Shown: positions 9,659 to 19,399 of the stretch, piece after piece
How the letters are laid out: every line of letters starts with the position of its first letter
Numbering within the stretch: position 1 is the stretch's first letter
Assembly (NCBI GenBank): GCA_963701965.1
Contig: OY969695.1
Location: 2,912,001-2,976,000, forward strand
Source: an uncultured Gemmatimonadales bacterium
GTDB lineage: Bacteria > Gemmatimonadota > Gemmatimonadetes > Gemmatimonadales > Gemmatimonadaceae
Direction of reading: 5' to 3'
DNA length: 64,000 nucleotides
The notes under the pieces: model-generated
Databases searched by the model: none
What the model saw: the letters and a program-made list of their open reading frames with translations, nothing else
Told to the model about the DNA's origin: nothing
Made by a program: the position numbers and the translations under genes

Positions 9659-10049
9659 CAGTATACCAGTGAACCCTTTCAGCGCCTGTTGCGGGATCTC
9701 GGCGTCATCTGCAGCATGAGTCGGTCCGGCAACGTCTGGGATAACTCGGTGATGGAGAGCTTCTTCTCCACACTCAAGACGGAGCGCTGTCACCGGCGCG
9801 GTTACGCCACGCGGCAGGCCGCGCGCGCCGACGTCTTTGACTACATCGAACGCTTCTACAATCCCACGCGGAGGCATTCCACCCTGGGCAACATCAGCCC
9901 CATTGCGTTTGAGCGGGCGATGTCAGTAGCGTAACTCACCGTCCACAGAACCCGGCGCAGGCCAATGCGAACTTACTACGTCACCGCGTCCTGAGGGCGG
10001 GTTTCGGAGAGCAGCTCGACGTTCATTCCTGTCTAAAGCGGAGCAAAGT

Positions 10050-10466
10050 GTGACGAACACTGTCGACAGGTCCGCCGATCGAATTCCGAAATTAGTAATT
10101 GTCTGTGTCGTCACCGCTGCGTTAGTGGCAGTCGCCGCGGTGTACCAACCGTCGTACCGGGTAGCAGCCACTGCGAATGGCGATCACTTTCTGGTTGCTG
10201 GCGCCGGGCACGCTGTTGGAACAATGGGTAAGTGGACATATTTTAACTACTTCACGCACGATAGCGAGCCCTCCCGCCTCGACGCGGATGTGGCGGAGCT
10301 GCTGCGGGACGTGGTGGCGCCAGCGGCCGATCGTTACGGAGACACGGTGATCGCCATTCAGGCCATCAAACCTCGATTGCACATAGGGATCCTTGTGAAC
10401 ACCAGCAAGCGATTCTCGTTTCGTTTCGTGAAGCGAGACGGTCGCTGGGTGAACATCGCCTATTAG
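10050..10466 (+). CDS. Hypothetical protein with N-terminal TM/signal anchor
   Basis: GGAG upstream of GTG; LVIVCVVTAALVAVAAV hydrophobic stretch; lower-GC region. Confidence 0.55.
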   Translation: MTNTVDRSADRIPKLVIVCVVTAALVAVAAVYQPSYRVAATANGDHFLVAGAGHAVGTMGKWTYFNYFTHDSEPSRLDADVAELLRDVVAPAADRYGDTVIAIQAIKPRLHIGILVNTSKRFSFRFVKRDGRWVNIAY

Positions 10467-10578
10467 TAGATCACAGATCAACAACGCCGTACTGATGTTC
10501 CACGACGTGGCGAGAACAGGAACGCCCTGGTTCTGGACTGGCATCTTCTGTGACTAGGGTCAACGCCTCGATGCCATG

Positions 10579-11112
10579 CTATAAATGCCGTCCCTGGGCT
10601 CGCCGAACGAGGTCCCGCAGCTCTTCAGTCGCTCCAGTGCCGCCACCGGTAAAATTTGCATCCAACGGTATGAATAGGAGAACATCCGCAGATTGAGGAG
10701 CCACGTCGAAACGCACTCGGGTGAATCGCGGCCGATCGTATGGATGCGTTAGTTCGACGTGCGATATGCCAGACAACGGGATACGGCGCGTGCTCCTTCG
10801 AGTGCGCACTTCGAGCTCGTCTCCGACCAGCCACACATCCTTGAACCGACGTCCCCGATAAACACACCACGTTACAAGTGCGAGCCAAAACACACCCGTG
10901 GCGAAGATCATCCAGTGAACGTGCCCCGCCGCAAGAGCCTGCGCGATGCCGGGGATCTGGAATGCGAAACCACCGATTCCCACGAACGCCGGGAGGATCA
11001 GGCGATAGAAGACAGTGATGCTACGCGAGGAGAGCCGGCGTTGCCTGACGGGTATAGCAGTGGAACCGTCCCCGTCACCTGCTCCGGTCCCCTCAGCAAC
11101 TTCGTCTCTCAC
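10579..11112 (-). CDS. Two-TM membrane protein with C-terminal beta-rich domain; candidate immunity protein for RHS-1
   Basis: Co-oriented, 170 bp downstream of RHS-1; two hydrophobic helices. Confidence 0.55.
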   Translation of the reverse strand: MRDEVAEGTGAGDGDGSTAIPVRQRRLSSRSITVFYRLILPAFVGIGGFAFQIPGIAQALAAGHVHWMIFATGVFWLALVTWCVYRGRRFKDVWLVGDELEVRTRRSTRRIPLSGISHVELTHPYDRPRFTRVRFDVAPQSADVLLFIPLDANFTGGGTGATEELRDLVRRAQGRHL

Positions 11113-11282
11113 GGTGAATTTCGTCCTTGATGGGGGGCCTTGTCAGGACCTTTCGGACACATAACATCCCTCCACCCTCTGCGAAGTCAATCGAAATGCG
11201 TTTCCGGTACGCCTAGCGGCGACGGATTTCGTGCCAACGCAGCCTCCTTCGCCGCCGGTAGGTGCTCCCACTCCGATCCTCG

Positions 11283-14200
11283 CTAGTAATCCAGCAGGCC
11301 GCCAGCACAACCATAGCGGTATCCGTAATAGCGCCCCGGGCTCTGAATAGTGATGCAACCAGTCTTGGGCCCCAGTGGAATCGACAAACTAGGTGGCAAC
11401 CCGAAGCTTCCGCCGTTTCCCCAGTAGAACCCGTTCACGTAGAGTCCTCCTGCGAGTCCCCCACCGCTGATACCCAGACTCAAGGTAGTTGGTGGCCCGA
11501 GTGTGAAGTTCGTCACATTGGAACCGGATACAACGTTGCCTACGATTATGCTGTTCGTATTGGTCATTCCATCGGGGCCAAAAGTCGTGCAATTTTGAAC
11601 TATGCCAATGCTGCCACACAAGGTCTGCGAAATCTGGAAAGGACCGAACAATGACGTACTAGGCGGGGCGCCACAGGGACTTGATTGTGTGGAATTTCCG
11701 TAGTTGCAACTGGAAGGAGGAGGTGGTGGAGGAGGCGGCAGGGTTGAATTCGCATCGCCCGAGTCGCCGCCTCCCTGATCCGAACCGCCGTCGCTTCCGC
11801 CCTCCGGATCACAATCGGCAACAGACGGGTCCGCACAGTCCATCCCGCTCGGATCCCTGCCGTTGATCGGGTCTCCGCCCGCGAACGCGTATTGATTGAT
11901 CCCCGCTGAAAGGCCCAGTGGATCCGGCGAAATGAACCGACGCGTCGTGGGGTCATACCACCGCGCTCTCATGTAGTACAGGGAAGCAACACCTCCCTCG
12001 TAGAGCAGCCCTTTCCACCGCAACTGCGTCGTGTCGCCGGATGACAAGCCGACGGCCGCGGTCCCCCACGGCTCATACGTCAGTAATTGGTCGACGGTGT
12101 CCGCGTGAAACTCGGCAAAGACGTTGCCTAACGCATCCTGCGCGTAATAGTGAATGGCGCCCGCCAATGCTCCTGTAATCCGGGCCAACGGCTGATCTGT
12201 GCCACCCGGCATATACGCGAACTCGGCAATGCGGGTGTTCCCGCTGCTGTCCACAATCGCGAGGAGCTGGCCACTATCCCAGATGTAGTACTGATCGGGC
12301 TGGCCGCTCTCCGCACGATGCACCAACTGCCCTTGCGCATTGTATTCGTACGTGCGGGTAGTGGGTCCAATGATCTGCCGGAGCAGGCCGTCGGCACTCC
12401 ACTTGTAGGTCGTTGTCGCCGAGCCGGAGGTTGTACTCATTCGGTTCCCATCCGAATCGCTGCCGAACGTCAAGCCCGTCCCCGAACTCAGAGCCTTCCA
12501 CGCAGTCATCAAACCGTTGCCTGATGCAAACGTGGCTATCGTGTCTGTCGCACCGACCTTGATCGTATCGAGACCTTGCGCCGAATCGAACGTCAATGCG
12601 TACTGTTGTAGCAGGCTGTATTTGGTGGTATCGCCCTGATGACATCCGTTGCCCTGGAACTGGTGATTCGGACAGGTCGTAACGGTGCTCTTCCAGGTAC
12701 CCAATTGCCGGCCGATAAGCTCGCCGAGTTTATCATAGGTGAAGAACGCGACTGTGTCATTCAGCTGCACAGTGTTGAGGTCTAACTCGTTGATGCGGCC
12801 GGTCGGGTCGTATCCGTAGCTCCGAGACAGAGCACTGGTCAGCCCAGACCATGTGCTGGAGACCAACTGGTCCGTATCGGTGGTAGAGTCCACTCGCATC
12901 ACACTGCTCGGGTAGGTGACCGTATCGCGTCGACGGTCTGCGTCGTAACCAAAGAGCGCCCGCGAAGACCCTCCGAGCCTGAGGCTGTCGAGAAGGCCAC
13001 TGCTGGCATTGAAGAAATAGTGTCGATTGTTCGGTGTGAACGCGGTCGCCGTGGTTTTCAGACCGACCGAGTCGACGCGCCCAAGATTGTCATGGTGATA
13101 GTAGCGTCTGAAGCTCTTTCCATGAATATGCGTCGTCGTTGAGTCGAGCCATCCAAACGCGTCCGAGTAGAAGCTACTATCTGTCGACACCATATCATGC
13201 GTGACAGCGAGGTCCCCGGATATCGAGTACTGCATGATCTCGAGGGTGTCCGCATCCCCGCTGAACGCTGCGGGCCGATGCACGGCCGTGTCACGGCCGA
13301 TCCGGTCGTACCCGTAGGTGATTTGCTGCCCACGCCGGTTCGTTACGACTGCCGGGAGTTCGAACTTATTGTAAGTGGTCGTAGTCGTGCGGCTGGTCGG
13401 GTCCGTCTGACTCGTGGGAAGACCCAAGGCATTGTACACGGTCGTGTACCGCCGACCATTCGGGTCCGTGACCGACACCACGTGCGATGCGGAATCATAG
13501 GTGTAGGACGTCGGCCGGTTGAAGCTATCATGGACGACCGTCGCACGATTGAGCATGTCGTAAGTCGTGGTCGTCAAAGTCGTTTGCCCCGCCGTGGCAC
13601 TTCCTGTGACCGTTGACGTCCGACCACGACCATCGAATCTCTTAGACGTGAACCGGCCGCTCGGCGTAGCCGCCACACTGTCAAGATTGCCAGTCCTCGC
13701 GTCGTAGAACTGTACCGTCGTGTGCCCTAATGCGTCGACGAGCGCGCTATCCCGTCCCAGGTGGTCGGTGAAGTACGTCATCTGGTTGCTGCCGGCCACT
13801 TGTACCGAGTCGACATGGCCGCGCTTGTAGGTGCTGTCGTTGATGAAGAACGTCTGCGTCGGACCGCCACTCACGGTAATCGTACTCACCTCGCCGAACG
13901 GTCCGTACGTATATGTGGTGGTGTTTTGCCCGGCCGGCGTGCTCGACGTGAGAAACGGGCCAGTGTACTCGTAGTTGTCGGTCTTGCCACTGAAACTCTT
14001 GAACTGCGTCGGAAATCCGTTCGCGTCTCGTGTGTAAAAGGAGGAGATGCCAAACGGTATGTCGTACTGCAGCAGCTGGCCCCAAGGATCGAGCGTCACG
14101 AAGTAATTATGGCCCGCCGTGCTGAGCTCATTGGCGCAGGCGACGTTGTTCGACCGGAATGGCGCCGCCGGAGTGCTGGCACTCGTCCGCCCGGTAGGCA

Positions 14201-16193
14201 GCGCGCAAGTCTGGTATGGGTGAAAGGCCTGCCGGAGCGAGATAGTCGCGGGCAACGGCGATCCCGCGGTCCCGGTATCGATCAGCGTGGCCGGATAGAT
14301 GATCGTATCGACCTTCCAGGTCGTACTATCGTAGGCGTAGCGCGTCAGATTCCCGTTGCGGTCTGTCACCGAATTGAGCCGCCCCAGACCGTCGTATCCG
14401 AGTTTTGTAGTGTCGCCGCCCGGATCAATCCAGGCCGTGAGAAACCCACTGGCGTCGACCACAAGGTGCGTGACGCGGGCTTGCGCCGACGTCGAATCTC
14501 CGATCGTCCCGTCCGTATCCGGCTCGATGATCGAGCGGAGACCATTGGCGGTCCAGGTGAGCAGCCAGGCCGTGTGGCCGCCTCCCGGCTTCAGGCGCCA
14601 CGGGTCCGTGATCGAGTCGAGCCGGTTGTTGGAGTTGTACTTGTAATTGATCGTATCGTTCAACCGGTCAATCGTCCGAATGATCTGTCCGCTGGGTGCG
14701 TAGTACTCCTTGGACGAATCAGGGTAGACCACCTCTATCCCGCCGCCGAAGGTACTATCGGCACTCACGAATCGGAGCTGGTTCGCCACGTTGGCTCCTG
14801 GAGGAGCGGACCAGGTGCAACCCCAAGCGAAGCATTGCGCGTTGTTATACATGATCACCGACCCGTCGCCACGCCCAATGGTCTCGTTCTCCGACCCGCC
14901 GTCCTCCGGATTGAATCGGCCGTTCTGACCAAGAATGGTCCAGCCGTGAGCAATGGTCGAGCCTCGAGTATTGTGGATGACCACATGGTGCGACGAATCA
15001 GTCACGGTGTCGCGGTGGCTATCCTGATAGACCGCCACAACGGTCATCCTGAGGGGATAACTGCCATTGGCAAGTCCACTCGCGTCGAACACTCCGGAGA
15101 GTCTGTACGGCTTCGTCGAGCCGTAGACGGAGTCGCCTTTGAAGTAGATCGTGGTGTCGCCGTTCAGAAACACGATCTTCTGCCATGCGCCGCTCTGGTG
15201 CAGGAAGGCCGTGAGTTGCAACTGCGTGACCTTGTACGTCGTATCCGTGGTACCATGGCCAACGGTCACGTCAGCACTCAGGATCGGCCGCGCCGCAACG
15301 CGATCGCCGTTGTAGACCAATGTCACGGATCGCGCGACGTCCCGCGAGATGTAAGGGACCGTGCTGAGCGCCGCCGTCATCGCGTAACACGCCGAGTGGC
15401 AGCGGCTCTCATCCTGATCTTCCTGGTTGGTGTACGCCGTACTGACGACAAGCTGGGGCGCATAGTGAACCGCAATACTGACCGCCGCCGAGTCGGCATT
15501 GCCATTCCATCGCGCCTTGAGTTGCACCGCGCCGCTCGAAGCGGTCGCCGCGGTCTGGTATGTCACGATCACCGCGTGCAGTCCGGGCGGCACCGTATCG
15601 ATGCTCGGCCCGTGACAAGTCGAGATGCCCGATCCGGTGCAAGACGCCGTCAACGTGTCAATTGTGGTGCTGCCCGTATAGTTGTGGACGTAGAAGGTCT
15701 GCAATGTGTCCTGGTTGGGATTCACCAGTGACGGCCCTCCCGAGTCGATCACCGCGATAATCTTGCGTGTGATGGTGAGTGATGCGCTGGTGCAGGTTCC
15801 CATGTTACCGGCCAGCAAACCGCTGCATCCCCATGCTTGGAGGACATTGCCACTACCGATTGACAGCGAGTACGTCGCCGTCTTGGTCCAGCAGCCGCCG
15901 CTATAGGTCAGTCCCGTAATCGTGGTGCCGTTAAACTTGGCCGAATCGCCGGCCGCGGGACTCTCGCAAATGGAGATCATCTCGGTCCTGCTCGCAACGC
16001 TGTCGATCGTTGTCGAAGGATTGAACGTGATGGTCACTGGGTTGATACATGTCCCCGTGCACGCGTTCGGATTAGCCTGCGCTTGCGCGGTCCACGCCAG
16101 TGGACCCATAGTCGCCAGCGACAATACGAATAACAGCGCAGGGAGAATGCGAGACAGGGAGTACCACATCCACTGCGGGACTGACGCTGACAT
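11283..16193 (-). CDS. RHS/YD-repeat protein 1 with Sec signal peptide, Ig-like N-terminus and variable C-terminal tip (~1636 aa)
   Basis: ATG 16193 with AGAGG RBS; ...LLFVLSLA...TAQA|Q; many YDxxGR repeats; RHS core YYMRARWYDPTTRRFISPDP...NQYAFAGGDPINGRDPSG. Confidence 0.93.
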   Translation of the reverse strand: MSASVPQWMWYSLSRILPALLFVLSLATMGPLAWTAQAQANPNACTGTCINPVTITFNPSTTIDSVASRTEMISICESPAAGDSAKFNGTTITGLTYSGGCWTKTATYSLSIGSGNVLQAWGCSGLLAGNMGTCTSASLTITRKIIAVIDSGGPSLVNPNQDTLQTFYVHNYTGSTTIDTLTASCTGSGISTCHGPSIDTVPPGLHAVIVTYQTAATASSGAVQLKARWNGNADSAAVSIAVHYAPQLVVSTAYTNQEDQDESRCHSACYAMTAALSTVPYISRDVARSVTLVYNGDRVAARPILSADVTVGHGTTDTTYKVTQLQLTAFLHQSGAWQKIVFLNGDTTIYFKGDSVYGSTKPYRLSGVFDASGLANGSYPLRMTVVAVYQDSHRDTVTDSSHHVVIHNTRGSTIAHGWTILGQNGRFNPEDGGSENETIGRGDGSVIMYNNAQCFAWGCTWSAPPGANVANQLRFVSADSTFGGGIEVVYPDSSKEYYAPSGQIIRTIDRLNDTINYKYNSNNRLDSITDPWRLKPGGGHTAWLLTWTANGLRSIIEPDTDGTIGDSTSAQARVTHLVVDASGFLTAWIDPGGDTTKLGYDGLGRLNSVTDRNGNLTRYAYDSTTWKVDTIIYPATLIDTGTAGSPLPATISLRQAFHPYQTCALPTGRTSASTPAAPFRSNNVACANELSTAGHNYFVTLDPWGQLLQYDIPFGISSFYTRDANGFPTQFKSFSGKTDNYEYTGPFLTSSTPAGQNTTTYTYGPFGEVSTITVSGGPTQTFFINDSTYKRGHVDSVQVAGSNQMTYFTDHLGRDSALVDALGHTTVQFYDARTGNLDSVAATPSGRFTSKRFDGRGRTSTVTGSATAGQTTLTTTTYDMLNRATVVHDSFNRPTSYTYDSASHVVSVTDPNGRRYTTVYNALGLPTSQTDPTSRTTTTTYNKFELPAVVTNRRGQQITYGYDRIGRDTAVHRPAAFSGDADTLEIMQYSISGDLAVTHDMVSTDSSFYSDAFGWLDSTTTHIHGKSFRRYYHHDNLGRVDSVGLKTTATAFTPNNRHYFFNASSGLLDSLRLGGSSRALFGYDADRRRDTVTYPSSVMRVDSTTDTDQLVSSTWSGLTSALSRSYGYDPTGRINELDLNTVQLNDTVAFFTYDKLGELIGRQLGTWKSTVTTCPNHQFQGNGCHQGDTTKYSLLQQYALTFDSAQGLDTIKVGATDTIATFASGNGLMTAWKALSSGTGLTFGSDSDGNRMSTTSGSATTTYKWSADGLLRQIIGPTTRTYEYNAQGQLVHRAESGQPDQYYIWDSGQLLAIVDSSGNTRIAEFAYMPGGTDQPLARITGALAGAIHYYAQDALGNVFAEFHADTVDQLLTYEPWGTAAVGLSSGDTTQLRWKGLLYEGGVASLYYMRARWYDPTTRRFISPDPLGLSAGINQYAFAGGDPINGRDPSGMDCADPSVADCDPEGGSDGGSDQGGGDSGDANSTLPPPPPPPPSSCNYGNSTQSSPCGAPPSTSLFGPFQISQTLCGSIGIVQNCTTFGPDGMTNTNSIIVGNVVSGSNVTNFTLGPPTTLSLGISGGGLAGGLYVNGFYWGNGGSFGLPPSLSIPLGPKTGCITIQSPGRYYGYRYGCAGGLLDY

Positions 16194-16289
16194 GGGCCGA
16201 CCTCTGACTGGGGTCAACGGATGCGCCTTCGACGAGGCACGATCTATAGCGCGTCGGCATCATGCACACAGTGCCCGGGTCAGCCAGCG

Positions 16290-16532
16290 TGTCACGTCGC
16301 GAGACAGGACAATGCAGATGGGCTGAGTAGTCTACGCTTGTTGTCAGTTTTGAAATGGCCGCACGGCGTGATGTAACCGCGCCGTATTATGAGCAAATCG
16401 CCGGATCGATCAGCGACGCTGTGTGACGTGTGCGCGACGTCGGCTAGGTCGGCTTTGGAAGGGGCCGAGAATATAGGGTCTCCCAGGTCGCCCGCAGTGT
16501 CTCCGCCGGACAATGTGTCACCGGATAGGACA
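16290..16532. promoter_or_regulatory. Candidate regulator-binding palindromes in the divergent RHS-1/araC intergenic region
   Basis: TGTC-N9-GACA at 16290-16306 and 16516-16532; TGTC-N7-GACA at 16498-16512. Confidence 0.35.
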
Positions 16533-16653
16533 CCCACGACATTCGTAGATCGCTAGGGCAAACTGCCAGTGGCGAGTCCCGACGCGGTGTCATATACTCG
16601 TCGCCCCGTTCCAGTCGCATCGTGCCGTCGTTTTGATTTGCATCCGACAATCA

Positions 16654-17505
16654 ATGATCTCAGCGTTGCCGCCGTTGGTTGCCGCAGGGGTACCCCCTGA
16701 AGAACGAGACGCGATCGACCGCGCTCTACGTCGCATTGCCCCCACAGAGTTCATTGCCCTACAGCAACTTGGGCCCTATCTGGACACTGGGCGATCCGCA
16801 TCTGGGTTCCTGATCGCGCTCTGGCCCCGCGACCGAATGCAGATCGAGGATTGGATTAGACGCCTCCATCGTGCGCGAGCAGCGACGCCGATCATTGCGC
16901 TCGTGCGCATGGTCGGTGAATGGCCCAATCAAGTGGTAGGCGCTGTTAGGGCAGGGGCCAGTCACTTCGCACTCGACGACATCGACAGTCTGCACAATGT
17001 GGTGGCTCGTGCCCTGGGAGACCTTCAGATCACGGCCGCGTGTGCGCAGACGGCGCGACACGTCATTCCATTGATGCCTCGCGCCGCCCACTCCACCATC
17101 GAGTTCTGCACAATGAATGCGGCGCGCCCCTTGGCAGTATTGGACGTCGCTAATGCTGTCCGCCTTCACCCCCGGAGCTTACATCGTCTGTTACATCGCC
17201 TTGCGCTGCCGTCCCCGTCCGCGACCATAAGTTGGTGCCGCCTGTTCGTAGCGGTTCACATGCTGTCGTCTGGTGCTCAGCGGGTGGATCACATCGCGAC
17301 CACGCTGGGATACGCATCGGGCTCGGGTCTGCGGAATATGCTGCGTCGCTATTGTGGCCTGACCACGTCTGGGACTCGCGAAAATGGCTCCCTCATTCAT
17401 CTTGCGCGCCTCTATCGCAGTGGCGACTTGAGCGGCCGTGGACAGGATGTGATTCAGAATGTCGATCCTCGCGAGCAGGCGTTGGCTCACGCCGCGGTGC
17501 TTTAG
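16654..17505 (+). CDS. AraC-family transcriptional regulator with degenerate receiver-like N-terminus
   Basis: VANAVRLHPRSLHRLL...WCRL...VDHIATTLGYASGSGLRNMLRRYCG double HTH; AVRAGA receiver-like motif. Confidence 0.85.
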   Translation: MISALPPLVAAGVPPEERDAIDRALRRIAPTEFIALQQLGPYLDTGRSASGFLIALWPRDRMQIEDWIRRLHRARAATPIIALVRMVGEWPNQVVGAVRAGASHFALDDIDSLHNVVARALGDLQITAACAQTARHVIPLMPRAAHSTIEFCTMNAARPLAVLDVANAVRLHPRSLHRLLHRLALPSPSATISWCRLFVAVHMLSSGAQRVDHIATTLGYASGSGLRNMLRRYCGLTTSGTRENGSLIHLARLYRSGDLSGRGQDVIQNVDPREQALAHAAVL

Positions 17506-17514
17506 GCAACCTGA

Positions 17515-18963
17515 GTGTTACACACATTGCGAAACGGCAATCTGCCCTCCGCCGTTCTCCTGGCTGATGGGCTGACGCGCGACTATCTGCTGCACCACGG
17601 CATCTGCCCGGTCGGTCACACTGATGCCGGTGCAGTCCGAGTGGCTGCCGCGCCGGGGGCGTTGCTCGAGGATGCGCTCGACGATCTCTGTTTCGTCTAT
17701 GGCCAGGAAGTCGTGGTGGAGCCCGCGAGTCGCGGGGACGTCGAGCGCGCGATCGAGCGCCTCACGACGCAGGCCGGCCGCGACATCGAGCTCGCGCGGG
17801 TCGACGCCGTCGAAGACGAGCGGACGGCCGACGTGCGCGATCTCGCCACCCAGCCGCCCGTCGTGCGCTTCGTCAACCTGCTGGTACGCGACGCGTACGA
17901 TGCCGCCGCCAGCGACATTCATCTCGAGTCGGCCCGCCATGGGCTCGGCGTCCGGTTCCGGCTCGATGGCGTCCTGACGCCGGCGCCCGAGCCGCCGGCG
18001 GAACTGGCGCACGCCGTGGTGTCGCGGATCAAGTTGTTGGCGGAGCTCGACATCGCCGAGCGGCGGCGCCCGCAGGATGGGCGCATCCGCGTCCGCCTCG
18101 AGGATCGCGAGCTCGATCTTCGCGTGTCGACCGTGCCCACGCTGTTCGGCGAGAGCGTCGTACTCCGGCTGCTCGATCGCGGCGGCCGTCCGGTCGCGTT
18201 GACCGAACTGGGAATGCCGGACGACATCCTGGCCGCCGTGTCGCGCCTCGCCGCACGACCCCACGGGATGATCCTCGTGACCGGCCCCACCGGCAGTGGG
18301 AAGACAACGACGCTCTACGCGGCGTTGCAGCGCCGCGACACGAAAGCGGAGAAGATCATTACCGTCGAAGATCCCGTGGAGTACGAGCTGCCGGGCATCA
18401 CCCAGGTGCCGGTCCATCGGCAAGCGGGCGTGACGTTCGCCGCCGCGCTCCGTTCGATCCTCCGGCAGGATCCCGACGTCGTCATGCTCGGCGAGATGCG
18501 GGATCCCGAGACCGCGGAGGTCGCGGTCCAAGCCGCCATGACCGGACACGTCGTGTTTTCGACGCTGCATACGAACGACGCGGTCAGCGCCGTGCCGCGG
18601 CTCATCGATCTCGGCGTCCCTCCGTATCTCATCGCGGCCACGGTCGACGGCGTGTTGGCGCAGCGCCTCGTGCGCCGGGTCTGCGAGACCTGCCGGGTGC
18701 CGTCTGGCGACGGTGTCAGTTGGGTACGTGGGGACGGATGCCCCACCTGCCGCGGCACCGGATACCGCGGACGACTCGGCGTGTTCGAGCTGTTCACGGT
18801 GAGCGAGGCGGCCAAGCACGCGATCGTGGCCGGCGCGTCGCGCGCCGAGCTGACGGCGCTGGCCCGAGGCGAAGGCATGCGGACGTTGGCCGAGGACGCG
18901 CAGGCGAAGGTCCAGGCGGGACTTACCACGATCGAGGAGGTACGCCGTGCGGCGGACGCGTAA
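17515..18963 (+). CDS. gspE: Type II secretion ATPase GspE
   Basis: ASDIHLE, LDIAERRRPQDGRI, GPTGSGKTT, TVEDPVE, LRQDPDVVMLGEMRD, TGHVVFSTLHTN, CxxC..CxxC. Confidence 0.95.
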   Translation: MLHTLRNGNLPSAVLLADGLTRDYLLHHGICPVGHTDAGAVRVAAAPGALLEDALDDLCFVYGQEVVVEPASRGDVERAIERLTTQAGRDIELARVDAVEDERTADVRDLATQPPVVRFVNLLVRDAYDAAASDIHLESARHGLGVRFRLDGVLTPAPEPPAELAHAVVSRIKLLAELDIAERRRPQDGRIRVRLEDRELDLRVSTVPTLFGESVVLRLLDRGGRPVALTELGMPDDILAAVSRLAARPHGMILVTGPTGSGKTTTLYAALQRRDTKAEKIITVEDPVEYELPGITQVPVHRQAGVTFAAALRSILRQDPDVVMLGEMRDPETAEVAVQAAMTGHVVFSTLHTNDAVSAVPRLIDLGVPPYLIAATVDGVLAQRLVRRVCETCRVPSGDGVSWVRGDGCPTCRGTGYRGRLGVFELFTVSEAAKHAIVAGASRAELTALARGEGMRTLAEDAQAKVQAGLTTIEEVRRAADA

Positions 18964-19399
18964 CCAGCGGCGGGGATTCACGCTCATCGAGATGATCGTG
19001 GTCATCGCCATCATCGCGACGTTGGCGGCGGTCGTCGCCCCGTCCGTCTTTCGCAACGTCGGGGACGCGAAGGTCAGCGCCGCCAAGAGTCAGATCGAAG
19101 TGTTCGCGCTGGCGCTCAACGCCTATCGGATGGACAACGACAACTTTCCGACCTCCGATCAGGGGCTGGAAGCGCTCCGCACCCTGCCGACGGCGGGCGA
19201 CCCGCCCCGCAACTGGCGCGGACCGTACCTCGCGCGGATCGTGCCGCTCGATCCGTGGGGACGGCCGTACGTCTACGTCGCCCCCGGAAAAGCCAACCCG
19301 CAGTCGTTCGATCTCTACACGCTGGGCCGGGACGGGAAGCCGGGAGGCGATGGGGAGGACGCGGACGTCACATCGTGGGGCGGCCCCGTCTCGCCGTGA
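18947..19399 (+). CDS. gspG: Major pseudopilin GspG
   Basis: RRG|FTLIEM, YRMDNDNFPTSDQGLEAL, NWRGPYL, PLDPWGRPYVY, GRDGKPGGDGEDAD. Confidence 0.95.
   Translation: MRRTRNQRRGFTLIEMIVVIAIIATLAAVVAPSVFRNVGDAKVSAAKSQIEVFALALNAYRMDNDNFPTSDQGLEALRTLPTAGDPPRNWRGPYLARIVPLDPWGRPYVYVAPGKANPQSFDLYTLGRDGKPGGDGEDADVTSWGGPVSP

Larger units (their letters stand above)
7312..9934 (+). pseudogene. IS3 transposase OrfAB, split by IS30 insertion inside HHSDQGSQ|YTS
   Basis: OrfA RRRYSREFKLEAVRLV; OrfB PNQKWVADFTY, LDLFSRRVVGW, HHSDQGSQ; resumes at 9662 YTSEPFQ...WDNSVMESFFSTLKTE...YNPTRRHSTLG. Confidence 0.9.
7249..9964 (+). mobile_element. IS3-family insertion sequence (interrupted by an IS30-family element)
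   Basis: Terminal IRs TGGCCTGCGCCGGGTTCCGTGGAC (7249) and GTCCACAGAACCCGGCGCAGGCCA (ending 9964), 23/24 match, TG...CA ends; no clear target duplication. Confidence 0.92.

Noticed and set aside
7241..9972. Target-site duplication for the IS3 element
   Set aside because: Flanks (…CGATA and ATGCG…) share no direct repeat
13761..15731. Long antisense ORFs (also 17518-19086, 52358-54151, 1093-2439)
   Set aside because: Shadow frames opposite well-supported genes, expected in high-GC DNA
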